A program made the translations under genes and the position numbers. From Candidatus Woesebacteria bacterium (GTDB taxonomy: Bacteria; Patescibacteriota; Microgenomatia; UBA8517), in contig CP066686.1 of the NCBI GenBank assembly GCA_016432365.1, positions 474,906-538,905 of the forward strand: a stretch of DNA of 64,000 bases, in the 5' to 3' direction. Positions within the stretch are counted from its first letter, which is position 1; each line of letters begins with the position of its first letter. Of the stretch, positions 38,353-47,547 are shown in pieces. The notes beneath the pieces were generated by a model. That model ran no database searches, was not told where the DNA came from, and was given only the letters and a program-made list of their open reading frames with translations.

Positions 38353-38852
38353 TACTTAAGTTTTTCGATCAAAATATTCATTGTATCAATGTCTTGTTGA
38401 GACAAGAGCCAGTAGGGAGTATTGGCAGGGAAGTTGTCCCTCATCTTTCCAAGGATTGGCTTGTATTTTTCAAACAAACTGATAATTTCTGACTTTTTTT
38501 CTTGAGATTCTTTGACAGAACTTTCAGCAAGGACCCCCGCCGCAAAAGCCAGCCTTTGCGAGGCGTCCGAGATTTGTGACTGCTCCTTATTCTCTACAAG
38601 GCTTACGTATTCGGACACTCTTCTTTCAAGTAGCCATTTTCTGTACTCATACTTTGAATTTTTGGAAAATTTAAACTTTTCTGATACTTTCTCCTTTGCC
38701 CTTTTGAACAAATAGCCGGAACTCCCTGGAAGCGTTTTTTGGGGAGTTAATCCAAAAGATTCCGGAGACTCCGCAAAAACGGCTGGGGCGATTGACAAGA
38801 AGAGAACTAAGACCGAAAATACTGCCAAAAGACGCAACTTGAAAGATGTCAT
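38352..38852 (-). CDS. Small secreted hypothetical protein, 166 aa
   Basis: ATG (CAT at 38850..38852). Signal peptide MTSFKLRLLAVFSVLVLFLSIAPAVFA. Charged, helical-looking remainder. Confidence 0.45.
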   Translation of the reverse strand: MTSFKLRLLAVFSVLVLFLSIAPAVFAESPESFGLTPQKTLPGSSGYLFKRAKEKVSEKFKFSKNSKYEYRKWLLERRVSEYVSLVENKEQSQISDASQRLAFAAGVLAESSVKESQEKKSEIISLFEKYKPILGKMRDNFPANTPYWLLSQQDIDTMNILIEKLK

Positions 38853-38906
38853 ACAAGGGGATTATATTCCAGTATGGTATCATTTTACAATAGCAGGGGA
38901 AAAAGC

Positions 38907-39707
38907 ATGATTTCAATTATAGTAACTACAAAAAACGAATCTCTACATTTACCAAAATTTTTGGAAAGTCTTAGGCGGCAAACATACCGAGATTTTGAGG
39001 TAATTGTAGTTGATAACGAATCAACCGATGATACCAAAGATATCGCCAGGAAGTTTGAAGCTAGAGTTTTTAATAAAGGACCGGAAAGGTCCGCCCAAAG
39101 AAACTATGGAGTGAAAATGTCTCGGGGTCAGTATGTTCTTGTTTTGGACGCAGACATGACCTTGTCGCCCAGGGTCTTGGAAGATTGTTTCGGTGTCATT
39201 ACAAAAGACCCCGAAGTTGAGGCGATCACTGTTCCGGAGAAATCTTTTGGTACCGGCTTTTGGACAAAATTTAAAGTTTTTGAAAGGGAATTTTATGTAG
39301 GAGATGAAACGATCGAGGCTCCTAGATTTTTCAAAAAATCCACTTTTAAAAAGTTTAACGGCTATGATATGAGCATCACGGGCCCGGAGGATTTCGATTT
39401 GCCGCTGAGAATGCGAAAAGAAGGAATCAAAATTGGCCGAATTAAAAGTTTTATATACCACGATGAAGGCAAATTCTCCCCATTTAGGTCAGCCAAAAAG
39501 AAATACTATTACGCTGCTCACGCTAGAGGGTTTTTGAAAAAGCACCCAGAGCAAATTTTAGGTCTTGGCAATTTGGTTTTAAGGCCGGTCTTTTTTAAAA
39601 AATGGAGAAAGATAGTTTCACATCCATTTTTGTCTTTGGGAATGGTAACAGTAAAAGTAATTGAGGGTATAGGTGCAATGCTTGGCATTCTATATTCAAG
39701 TATTTAA
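38907..39707 (+). CDS. Family 2 glycosyltransferase, ~266 aa
   Basis: Track ORF begins at 38874, only 21 bp from the divergent neighbour. ATG at 38907 preceded by AGGGGA gives MISIIVTTKNESLHL...VIVVDNESTDDT...LDADM. Confidence 0.75.
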   Translation: MISIIVTTKNESLHLPKFLESLRRQTYRDFEVIVVDNESTDDTKDIARKFEARVFNKGPERSAQRNYGVKMSRGQYVLVLDADMTLSPRVLEDCFGVITKDPEVEAITVPEKSFGTGFWTKFKVFEREFYVGDETIEAPRFFKKSTFKKFNGYDMSITGPEDFDLPLRMRKEGIKIGRIKSFIYHDEGKFSPFRSAKKKYYYAAHARGFLKKHPEQILGLGNLVLRPVFFKKWRKIVSHPFLSLGMVTVKVIEGIGAMLGILYSSI

Positions 39708-39790
39708 GCAGAATAATAAATGCTACTTCTAGCTCACTCTAATTCATAAGTTTTTTTTATAATTGTCTTTTACTAGCGGTCTTGCGTTTT

Positions 39791-40462
39791 ATGTCTGCGA
39801 TGATTAGAATGCAGGTCACAGTTATGTTTAAAGAATTGTTGGATTACGAAGATGAATTTCACCTCCTTTATTTAGGGAAACTCACTAAACGCGAAGGCTG
39901 GAAAAACGTTAGAGAACATGGCGTTACCCAACTACTTGGTGCAAAAGTGTTGGGAGCCTTGCTTGGATTAACAGACGGAGAGCGAAGAGCCTTGGAGTCG
40001 GTTGCAATTATTCATGATTGGGAAAAAAGACTGGATAATTTTCCTGATGATTTTTCGCCAGCTGAGAAAGAAAAAATAGAGCTTTATTACAAAAAAATCA
40101 AACCCGACGAAAGATTGATGGCTGCAACCGGTCCGGATTTTTTGGAAAAAGTTTTATATGCAGAAGTTTCAATATTAGAATTTCTCCAGTTCTATTTAGA
40201 TGATATAACCATGGGGTCTGAGATTGTTCCTTTTGACAAGCGCATCGAAGAAGTCTCTACAAGGAAACAGTATTTAAATGATGACGGCGATTTAACACAA
40301 AGATTAGGTGGAAGAAAATACTGGGAACTTGAAATGGAAGTCGGACATTTGGTGGAGAATATGATTTTCGATTCTTTGAAAGCTCGTGGTGTTGAAATTG
40401 GCAGTCCAAAAGATATACCCTATCTTATAAAGAACAAAATTATAGAACTATCAAATGTTTAA
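39791..40462 (+). CDS. Hypothetical cytoplasmic protein, possible HD-domain phosphohydrolase, ~223 aa
   Basis: Track ORF begins at TTG 39782. First ATG is 39791. Motif H...HD (VREHG...VAIIHDWEK) suggests an HD fold. Weak. Confidence 0.35.
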   Translation: MSAMIRMQVTVMFKELLDYEDEFHLLYLGKLTKREGWKNVREHGVTQLLGAKVLGALLGLTDGERRALESVAIIHDWEKRLDNFPDDFSPAEKEKIELYYKKIKPDERLMAATGPDFLEKVLYAEVSILEFLQFYLDDITMGSEIVPFDKRIEEVSTRKQYLNDDGDLTQRLGGRKYWELEMEVGHLVENMIFDSLKARGVEIGSPKDIPYLIKNKIIELSNV

Positions 40463-41576
40463 CCACATTCCAGTTAACGAACCCGTTTTGTCTGAGGACT
40501 CGAAGATATTTGTAAATAAGGCACTTGATAGTGGATGGATATCCTCATCAGGCAATTATGTAAAGGAGCTAGAGGAAAAGTTTGCTTCTTATATTGGTAT
40601 GAAATACGGAATAGCCGTTTGTAACGGTACGGCCGCACTTCATGTCGCGTTATTATCATTAGGGGTTGGCCCCGGAGATGAGGTAATTGTTCCCGCTTTT
40701 ACAATGGGTGCAACATGGCTTGCAGTGTTATATACAGGAGCGAAACCGGTTTTCGTCGATTGTGAACCTGATACTTTTAATATTGATGTTAAACAAATCG
40801 AAAATAAAATTACAAAAAGAACAAAGGTAATCATTCCGGTTCACATTTATGGGCACGCGGCAGAGATGTCTGAAATTATGAAAATTGCAGGTAGACATAA
40901 AACTATGGTTTTAGAAGACGCAGCGGAAGCTTGCGGCGGGGAATACAAGGGGAAAAAATGTGGTTCTTTCGGAGAAATAAACGCATTTAGTTTTTATGCC
41001 AACAAAATAGTCACGACAGGCGAAGGGGGAATGATGGTAACTAATAACGAGGTCTTAGCAACAAAAGCAAGAATGTTTAGAGATTTGCACCACTCGGCAG
41101 CCAAACGGTTTATCCATGATGGTATCGGGTTTAATTATAGAATGACTAACCTACAAGGCGCGCTGGGGTGCGGGGAAATAGCCCATATCGACGAGTATCT
41201 TCTTAAAAAGCAGTATATGGCCTCCCTATACGATATCCTGCTTAAAGATGTCCCAGGAATCAGATTGCCAAAAACTAAAAGCTATGTAAAAAACGTTTAC
41301 TGGATGTATGGGATTTTGCTTGACGAAGAAAAATTTGGAATGAGTAAGAATAGGCTTCGTGAGGAACTTAGCAATAAAGGGATTGAGACAAGGGACTTCT
41401 TTTATTCGCCTAACAACCAACCCGTCTTGAAAAAATATCTGAAAAACAACGATAAGTTTGTTAATACGGAAAATATTGAAAGAAATGGTTTATATATTCC
41501 TTCTGGGTTGGCACTAACTGATAAACAAATGATTAGTGTGGCATCTGCAATAAAAAGTTTGTACGTTGCAAAATAG
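40455..41576 (+). CDS. DegT/DnrJ/EryC1/StrS-family PLP-dependent sugar aminotransferase, 373 aa
   Basis: ATG at 40455. Motifs GTAALHVALLSLGVGPGDEVIVP and FSFYANKIVTTGEGGMM (PLP lysine). Confidence 0.85.
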   Translation: MFNHIPVNEPVLSEDSKIFVNKALDSGWISSSGNYVKELEEKFASYIGMKYGIAVCNGTAALHVALLSLGVGPGDEVIVPAFTMGATWLAVLYTGAKPVFVDCEPDTFNIDVKQIENKITKRTKVIIPVHIYGHAAEMSEIMKIAGRHKTMVLEDAAEACGGEYKGKKCGSFGEINAFSFYANKIVTTGEGGMMVTNNEVLATKARMFRDLHHSAAKRFIHDGIGFNYRMTNLQGALGCGEIAHIDEYLLKKQYMASLYDILLKDVPGIRLPKTKSYVKNVYWMYGILLDEEKFGMSKNRLREELSNKGIETRDFFYSPNNQPVLKKYLKNNDKFVNTENIERNGLYIPSGLALTDKQMISVASAIKSLYVAK

Positions 41577-41642
41577 CCCCTTTGCACGATTTTACATGGA
41601 GACTCAAATTATTATCGATACATTCCTAGTGGCGATTAATTC

Positions 41643-41651
41643 TGGTATAAT
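41643..41651 (+). promoter_or_regulatory. Extended -10 promoter element TGgTATAAT upstream of the PseB-like dehydratase gene
   Basis: Perfect TGnTATAAT at 41643..41651, 14 nt before ATG 41666. No SD, which implies a very short leader. Confidence 0.4.
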
Positions 41652-41665
41652 CGTGACAACCAAAC

Positions 41666-42664
41666 ATGACAAAAATTCTTAAGGGGAAACGAATATTAGT
41701 TACGGGAGGCACGGGATCCTTTGGACGCATGTTCATCGGTGAAATTCTGAAGTACGAACCCAAAGAAATAATTGTTTTTAGCAGAGACGAAGACAAACAG
41801 GGTATTATGAGGTTGGAATATAAGGATAAACTGGGTATTCGTTTTGTGTTGGGGGACATAAGAGATTTTAGAAGTGTTCGTGAGGCCGTGCGAGGCGTGG
41901 ATATCATCGTTCATGCGGCTGCTCTAAAGTGGATCACAGAGGTTGAATATAATGTTTGGGAAGGTGTAAAAACTAACGTAATTGGCGCAGAAAACATAAT
42001 TGAAGCGGCCAGAGATGAGGGTGTAGAAAAAGTTGTCGCACTTTCGACTGACAAAGCCGTTGAACCGATTAATGCTTACGGAATGGCAAAAGCGCTTCAG
42101 GAGCGACTTATTACAACTGCAAATCTCTACGATGTGGGCAACACCGTTTTTGTTTCTACAAGGTATGGGAATGTTCTTGGATCAAGAGGGTCTGTAGTGC
42201 CACATTTTAAGAAATTAATTTCGGAAGGCAAGCCATTAACTATTACAGACACCGGGATGACCCGTTTCATTCTAACTCTCCAAAAAAGCGTTGAGTTGGT
42301 ATTAACGGCAATGACAGAAGGTGTAGGTGGAGAGGTGTTTGTAAGAAAAATGCCGGGCCATTCCATCATAGATCTTGCCGAAGTCCTTCTGGAGGCCAAC
42401 GGTAAAAATACTAAGAATATTATTAATATGGGAATCCGTCCCGGTGAAAAAATTCATGAAACACTGATTAGTCCGGCAGAAAGTGTGAGAACAGTTGAAT
42501 TTGGAGATTACTATGTAATTTTACCCCAGATTTCTATCCCGGCGGTAGAGAAAAAATATTCAGGTAAAAAGACGTTAAAAGAATTCAGATACGCCTCAGA
42601 CACCACTGAACAAATCGGAAAAAAAGAACTCCGTTCGTTATTAGAGAAAGAGGGTTGGATATGA
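41666..42664 (+). CDS. UDP-HexNAc 4,6-dehydratase, PseB/FlaA1/CapD (PglF-like) family, 332 aa
   Basis: ATG at 41666. Motifs KRILVTGGTGSFG, STDKAV and YGMAKAL. Confidence 0.8.
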   Translation: MTKILKGKRILVTGGTGSFGRMFIGEILKYEPKEIIVFSRDEDKQGIMRLEYKDKLGIRFVLGDIRDFRSVREAVRGVDIIVHAAALKWITEVEYNVWEGVKTNVIGAENIIEAARDEGVEKVVALSTDKAVEPINAYGMAKALQERLITTANLYDVGNTVFVSTRYGNVLGSRGSVVPHFKKLISEGKPLTITDTGMTRFILTLQKSVELVLTAMTEGVGGEVFVRKMPGHSIIDLAEVLLEANGKNTKNIINMGIRPGEKIHETLISPAESVRTVEFGDYYVILPQISIPAVEKKYSGKKTLKEFRYASDTTEQIGKKELRSLLEKEGWI

Positions 42665-42693
42665 AGCTCCCCAACACAATCGGCAGGGTATCT

Positions 42694-42790
42694 TCTCCCA
42701 GCGCTTTGTCGGGAGCGGAATCCCTCCGAAGCGAAACCTCTTCGCTTTCACCCTCAGAGGCTTTAAGCCCGGGGTATTCGCGAAGGGGGA
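42694..42790 (+). repeat. GC-rich palindromic element (copy B) between the PseB-like gene and ATG 42796, sharing the GAAACCTC core and CCTCC...GAGG architecture with copy A
   Basis: CTCCC-N11-GGGAG (42695..42715). GAAGCGAA-ACCTC-TTCGCTTT (42728..42748). CCTCC.../...GAGG flanks. High local GC. Confidence 0.4.
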
Positions 42791-42795
42791 TAAAA

Positions 42796-43671
42796 ATGAA
42801 AATTGGTATAACCGGTGCAACAGGGTTCATGGGCAGGCATATTATTAATAAACTTCAAGGTGAGGGTCACTCAATTAGTGTTCTTGCAATAGAAGAAAAA
42901 CCTACACTACCCAAGGATATAAAGTGGGTACATGGCAATTTAGTTAGCGGGGTAGGCATAGCGAAGTTTTTAAAGGATGTTGAAGTGGTTATTCATTTAG
43001 CGGGAAGAAATTTGCCGCCGGAAGAGGAATTAATTAAAGATAACGTTTTGGCTACCCGCAATCTGGTGATAGAAATGTTAAAGCACCCAATAAAACAACT
43101 CATCTTTACTTCATCGGTAGCTGTTTATGGAAAAGACAAAAAAAGTAAATTTAAGGAAACCGATGAATGTTTCCCGAACACCGAATACGGATTGACAAAA
43201 TATCTCGCTGAAAAGGAGGTTCAATATTGGGTTACAAAAACCGGCAATCCTGCAACTATTTTCCGCCCCTTTAACGTTTATGGTCCTGGAAATTCTAAGG
43301 GGATAATTTACACATTTTACTCAAACATAAAAAACGATGGCAAGGTGATTATTTACGGTGATGGTAAACAAGAAAGAGATTATTTGTATGTCGGTGACAT
43401 AGTTGAAGCATTTTCTACAGCAATACGAATCAAGAAAAGGGGAATTTTCAACTTAGGGGCGGCTAAAAAATATTCGGTTTTAGAAGTGCTTGAAGTTTTC
43501 AAAAAGGTGATGAGGAGAGATATCGAAGTTGACTTTACCTCTACGGAGGAGGGTAAGGTCTTCAACATTAACCAGGATTTGTCCTTGGCGAAAAAAGAAC
43601 TCAAGTGGGAGGCGAAAACTTCATTTGAGAAGGGTTTAAGAAAAACAATTGAATGGTATGAAAAGCAGTAA
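42796..43671 (+). CDS. NAD-dependent epimerase/dehydratase (extended SDR), 291 aa from ATG 42796 (alternative ATGA-coupled start at 42661 would add a 45-aa Ser/Pro-rich N-terminal extension)
   Basis: AAGGGGGA RBS then ATG 42796 gives MKIGITGATGFMGRHI. Catalytic YGLTK. The frame is open back to 42655 (TTG) and 42661 (ATG overlapping the upstream TGA). Confidence 0.7.
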   Translation: MKIGITGATGFMGRHIINKLQGEGHSISVLAIEEKPTLPKDIKWVHGNLVSGVGIAKFLKDVEVVIHLAGRNLPPEEELIKDNVLATRNLVIEMLKHPIKQLIFTSSVAVYGKDKKSKFKETDECFPNTEYGLTKYLAEKEVQYWVTKTGNPATIFRPFNVYGPGNSKGIIYTFYSNIKNDGKVIIYGDGKQERDYLYVGDIVEAFSTAIRIKKRGIFNLGAAKKYSVLEVLEVFKKVMRRDIEVDFTSTEEGKVFNINQDLSLAKKELKWEAKTSFEKGLRKTIEWYEKQ

Positions 43672-44734
43672 GAACTTTCAAAGGGGTAGAATTCTTCTTG
43701 TAAGCCACGTTTACCACACTGAATCAGGGCCTGTATACGGACCTTTTAATGTAATTAAAGATTTTCTAAACACAAACAAAAGGTCGTTTCAAACGATCGA
43801 GTATCCGTTAGTCTCCCGTACACCGCTTATCATAAAATCTGTTTTTGAAACGGTTAAAACAGTAATGACAGCTGCTGTTTACAAACCGAAAATTTTTATT
43901 GGAATTGACCCCTTGAATGCGTTCGCTGGTGTGATTCTAGAGAGGTTTGGTTTAGTGAAGAAGGTGGTTTTTTATTGCGTTGATTATACACCAACCAGAT
44001 TTAAAAATAAGATTTTAAATAGCGTTTATCTTGGTATTGACAAGTTTGTATCAAAAAATTCCGATGAGGTCTGGAACGTTTCTTCGAGAATTGTCGAAGT
44101 TAGAAAAAAACAAGGTATATCTGATTCGAAAATAAAGTTTGTTCCAAATGCACCGATTTTTGGAAGTTGCCCAAGATTACCTGCTGAGAAAGTGAATAGA
44201 AATAATATAGTTATGGTCGCCGGACTGACCCATGGTCCCGTGTTGGATCTTGTTCTGAAAGCCTTTAAGAACGTTGTGGCTAAATTTTCCAAGGCAAGAC
44301 TTTTAATAATTGGGACCGGACCTTATCAAGATAAATTGAGACTGAAAACCAAGAAAATGGGACTTTCTGAAAATATAAAATTCTCGGGACAATTACCAAA
44401 CAAAAATTTATTACACGAGGTTTCAAAATCAGGTATAGCCTTAGCAATTTACACCTTCTCGGATGATTACAGCTGGATTTATTATGGAGATTCAAAAAAG
44501 GCGAGAGAATATTTGGCTTGCGGTACACCGGTCATTATTACTGATGTGGTCGCTACCGCGGGGGATGTGAGAGACTACAACGCCGGCTTGGTAATTAAAC
44601 CGAATTCAGAAAGCCTGGAGCAGGCGCTAAGTAAAATTTTAGGAGATAAAAATTATTGGTTGAAATGTAGGAAAAACGCAGCCAAATTGGGCAAAGATTA
44701 CGATATCGACTCGATATTAGGCAAAATAATCTAA
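43658..44734 (+). CDS. GT4-family glycosyltransferase, ~358 aa
   Basis: Track ORF begins at TTG 43649. ATG at 43658. C-terminal ...SKKAREYLACGTPVIITDV... GT-B pattern. Confidence 0.7.
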   Translation: MKSSKNFQRGRILLVSHVYHTESGPVYGPFNVIKDFLNTNKRSFQTIEYPLVSRTPLIIKSVFETVKTVMTAAVYKPKIFIGIDPLNAFAGVILERFGLVKKVVFYCVDYTPTRFKNKILNSVYLGIDKFVSKNSDEVWNVSSRIVEVRKKQGISDSKIKFVPNAPIFGSCPRLPAEKVNRNNIVMVAGLTHGPVLDLVLKAFKNVVAKFSKARLLIIGTGPYQDKLRLKTKKMGLSENIKFSGQLPNKNLLHEVSKSGIALAIYTFSDDYSWIYYGDSKKAREYLACGTPVIITDVVATAGDVRDYNAGLVIKPNSESLEQALSKILGDKNYWLKCRKNAAKLGKDYDIDSILGKII

Positions 44735-45669
44735 TTTTCTCGTTTGAGGTAATCTTCAATTGTTTTTTTTAATCCTGTTTTGAAATCTGTTTTGGCTTTA
44801 AACCCAAATTCTTTTATAGCTTTACCTACATACAATCTTCTTCTTGGCTGACCGTCCGGTTTTGATTTATCGAATATAATGCTGCCTTTAAAACCAATCA
44901 TTTTTGAGATTGTTCTTGCCAGTTCTTTAATGGATATCTCAAACCCCGACCCCAAGTTTATAGGGTCAGGTTTATTGTATTTTTCGCATGCCTTTAATAT
45001 TCCCTCTGCGGCGTCATCCACGTAAAGAAATTCACGGGTGGGTTTCCCGGATCCCCAAATTACAACTTTCTTGGATTTGGTATTTCTTGCTTCGGCAAAC
45101 TTCTTAATAAGTGCTGGGATTACATGCGAAGAGGTGGGATCAAAGTTGTCTCCCGGTCCGTACATATTTACAGGTAGAAGGTAGATGGAATTAAACCCAT
45201 ACTGTTTTCTATACGCTTGAGATTGAACCAAAAGCATTTTTTTAGCTAGGCCGTAGGGCGCGTTTGTTTCCTCAGGGTACCCATCCCAAAGATGCTCTTC
45301 CTTAAAAGGAACAGGTGTAAATTTTGGATATGCGCAGATTGTACCTATCAAAACGACCTTTTGTACATTGCAGGCCTTCGCTGCACGCATAATGTTGATA
45401 CCCATTATGATGTTGTCGTCAAAAAGTTCTGCTGGTTTACTTTGGTTGTATCCAATTCCACCTACATTTCCTGCAAGATGGATTACAATATCTGCATTTT
45501 TAAATGCTTTAAGGCAGGATCGATAATCTCTTAAATCGGTTTTTTTGTGGTTAGGAATCACTATTTTTGCCGGTTTTAACTTTAAAAGTTTTTTGACAAG
45601 GTGGATTCCCAGGAAGCCACTTCCTCCGGTTACTACAACGATTTTACTTTTCCAAAAATTCTTCATCAT
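44731..45669 (-). CDS. fcl: GDP-L-fucose synthase (GDP-4-keto-6-deoxy-D-mannose 3,5-epimerase/4-reductase)
   Basis: ATG (CAT at 45667..45669). Motif [13 protein letters not shown]. Long collinear match to E. coli Fcl as recalled ([24 protein letters not shown] vs [39 protein letters not shown] vs WGSGTPMREFLHVDD). Confidence 0.85.
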   Translation of the reverse strand: [312 protein letters not shown]

Positions 45670-45673
45670 TGGA

Positions 45674-46633
45674 TTATTTTACCTTATTTTTGAAGTTGAT
45701 CTTTTCTGAAATAAGGTAGATTGGTCTATTGATAATTTCTTTATGCAAAAAACTGACATATATGGCGACGATTCCCATACTTGCTATGACAAAACCGATT
45801 AAAAGTGTGTTAAACACAACTAATACGATTGTGGGGGAAAAATATCTAATATTTTTTTCGTAAAGTATTACTGAAATCATGCAAATAAGACATATTAGTG
45901 AGGTGATAATAAGAAAAAGGCCGAAATACAGAATATATTTTAAAGGTTTAGTTGAAAGTGAAAGAATTCCGGTTTTGGCAAACTCCAGATTTCTCCCGAA
46001 GTTATACCAGGCCTTCCCCGCAGTTCTCCTTCTTGCTACATAGTCCACTACGGCAGTGGGATACCCCATCCAGGAGACCATCCCTCTCAGGAATCTGTTT
46101 TTTTCTTTCATGGTTTGAAGCCGTTGGTAGACCTCTTTATCAAGCAATTTAAAGTCCGCCATTCCTTCTTTGATTTGTGTGTCTGAAAGCGCATTAGTAA
46201 AAGCATAAAAAAATTTAGACATTAGATTTTTAAAGAAGGGAATATCTTCGGTTTCCACCCGTCTTGTGTGTACAATTTTTGCGCCCTTCAACCACTTGGA
46301 TATTAATTTCGGAAATAAACTTGGAGGATGTTGTAGGTCCGAATCAAGGTAGATGACAGCATCACCTTTTGCTGCATCAATTCCGGCGGTTATTGCTATT
46401 TGTTGTCCAAAATTACGTGTTAATCTTATGCCCTTTACTTTTTTATTGTGTTTGGCGATCCGCGATATTTCGGGCCATGTACCATCCGAGCTTCCATCGT
46501 CAACAATAATACATTCGTAATTAAATCGACCAATTTTTTGCATTACACCGTTCACCTCGTCTGCCAATTTTGCCAAACTTTTTTCTTCGTTGTGGGCCGG
46601 GGTTACAATGGTGATAAGTTTTCGTTTTGTCAC
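45674..46633 (-). CDS. Polyprenyl-phosphate sugar synthase, GT2 with C-terminal TM helices (GtrB/CsbB-like), 319 aa
   Basis: GTG start (plus-strand CAC 46631..46633). Motif ITIVTPAHNEEKSL...IIVDDGSSDGT...LDSDLQHPP. Two C-terminal TM helices. Confidence 0.75.
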   Translation of the reverse strand: MTKRKLITIVTPAHNEEKSLAKLADEVNGVMQKIGRFNYECIIVDDGSSDGTWPEISRIAKHNKKVKGIRLTRNFGQQIAITAGIDAAKGDAVIYLDSDLQHPPSLFPKLISKWLKGAKIVHTRRVETEDIPFFKNLMSKFFYAFTNALSDTQIKEGMADFKLLDKEVYQRLQTMKEKNRFLRGMVSWMGYPTAVVDYVARRRTAGKAWYNFGRNLEFAKTGILSLSTKPLKYILYFGLFLIITSLICLICMISVILYEKNIRYFSPTIVLVVFNTLLIGFVIASMGIVAIYVSFLHKEIINRPIYLISEKINFKNKVK

Positions 46634-46727
46634 GGTTTCAATTTGTGGCTATAGTCTATACTCCGTATCCCCATTTGTCCATTCCAGTGGGGAATGTTTT
46701 TTACTCGGTACATGATAAAATAGCCGG

Positions 46728-47546
46728 ATGAGGGGAATGAAAATTTCGGTTTTAATGCCCGTATACAATTGTGCAAAATATCTTGATGTGGCAATTAAAA
46801 GTATTCTGTCCCAGACGTTTAGAGAATTTGAATTCATTATTGTTGATGATGCGTCTATCGATTCCTCGAGAACGATTATAAAAAAGTACTCAAAAAAAGA
46901 CCCCAGAATAGTTTTTATCCCTCTTGAAAAACATGTTGGTACATCAAAAGCATTAAACAAAGGTCTTTCCTCTGCGGTCGGCAAATATATTGTCCGAATG
47001 GACGCTGACGATTGGAGCTATCCGGACAGACTTGAAAAACAATATCGTTTTATGGAGTCACATAAAGAAGTTGGTGTTAGCGGCGGTGCAGCCGAAATAT
47101 GTGATGAAAAATTAAATAGACGTTACACGAGAAGATATCCCGTAGGGGATTCTGATTTAAGAAAAATAATATTTTTATATAGCCCATTCGCCCATCCGGC
47201 GACTATTTGGAATAAGAAATTGTTGGAGGAGTTAAATGGGTATGATGAAAATATTCCCTTAAGCCAAGATGCGGAACTCTATTTCAGGATTGGGGCAAAA
47301 TCGAAATTTGCGAACATCAAAGATGTTTTAATTAAGTTGAGAATGCATGATAAATCCAGCTCTATTGCAAAAAACAGACTGCAAGAAAAATACGCGATCT
47401 ATGCAAGAATAAAGGGAGTAATGGAGTATAGATACAAAGCAAGGATAATAGATTGGTTGTATATTTTTTTTCGTTTGATGTCCGCGTTTTTTATACCAAC
47501 CCAAATAAAGTTTTTTATGTTTAATTTATTAAGGAGGAAAAAATAA
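46728..47546 (+). CDS. Family 2 glycosyltransferase, 272 aa (start may instead be ATG 46737)
   Basis: Motif MKISVLMPVYNCAKYLDVAIKSILSQTF...FIIVDDASIDSS...MDADD. Confidence 0.8.
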   Translation: MRGMKISVLMPVYNCAKYLDVAIKSILSQTFREFEFIIVDDASIDSSRTIIKKYSKKDPRIVFIPLEKHVGTSKALNKGLSSAVGKYIVRMDADDWSYPDRLEKQYRFMESHKEVGVSGGAAEICDEKLNRRYTRRYPVGDSDLRKIIFLYSPFAHPATIWNKKLLEELNGYDENIPLSQDAELYFRIGAKSKFANIKDVLIKLRMHDKSSSIAKNRLQEKYAIYARIKGVMEYRYKARIIDWLYIFFRLMSAFFIPTQIKFFMFNLLRRKK

Positions 47547-47547
47547 C

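Noticed and set aside
42665-42795. The GC-rich 131-nt gap considered as a tRNA or other classical RNA gene (a GGAATCCCTCC stretch resembles a T-loop).
   Set aside because: No cloverleaf (acceptor, D, anticodon and T arms) can be drawn on either strand. Treated instead as a palindromic repeat or structured element.
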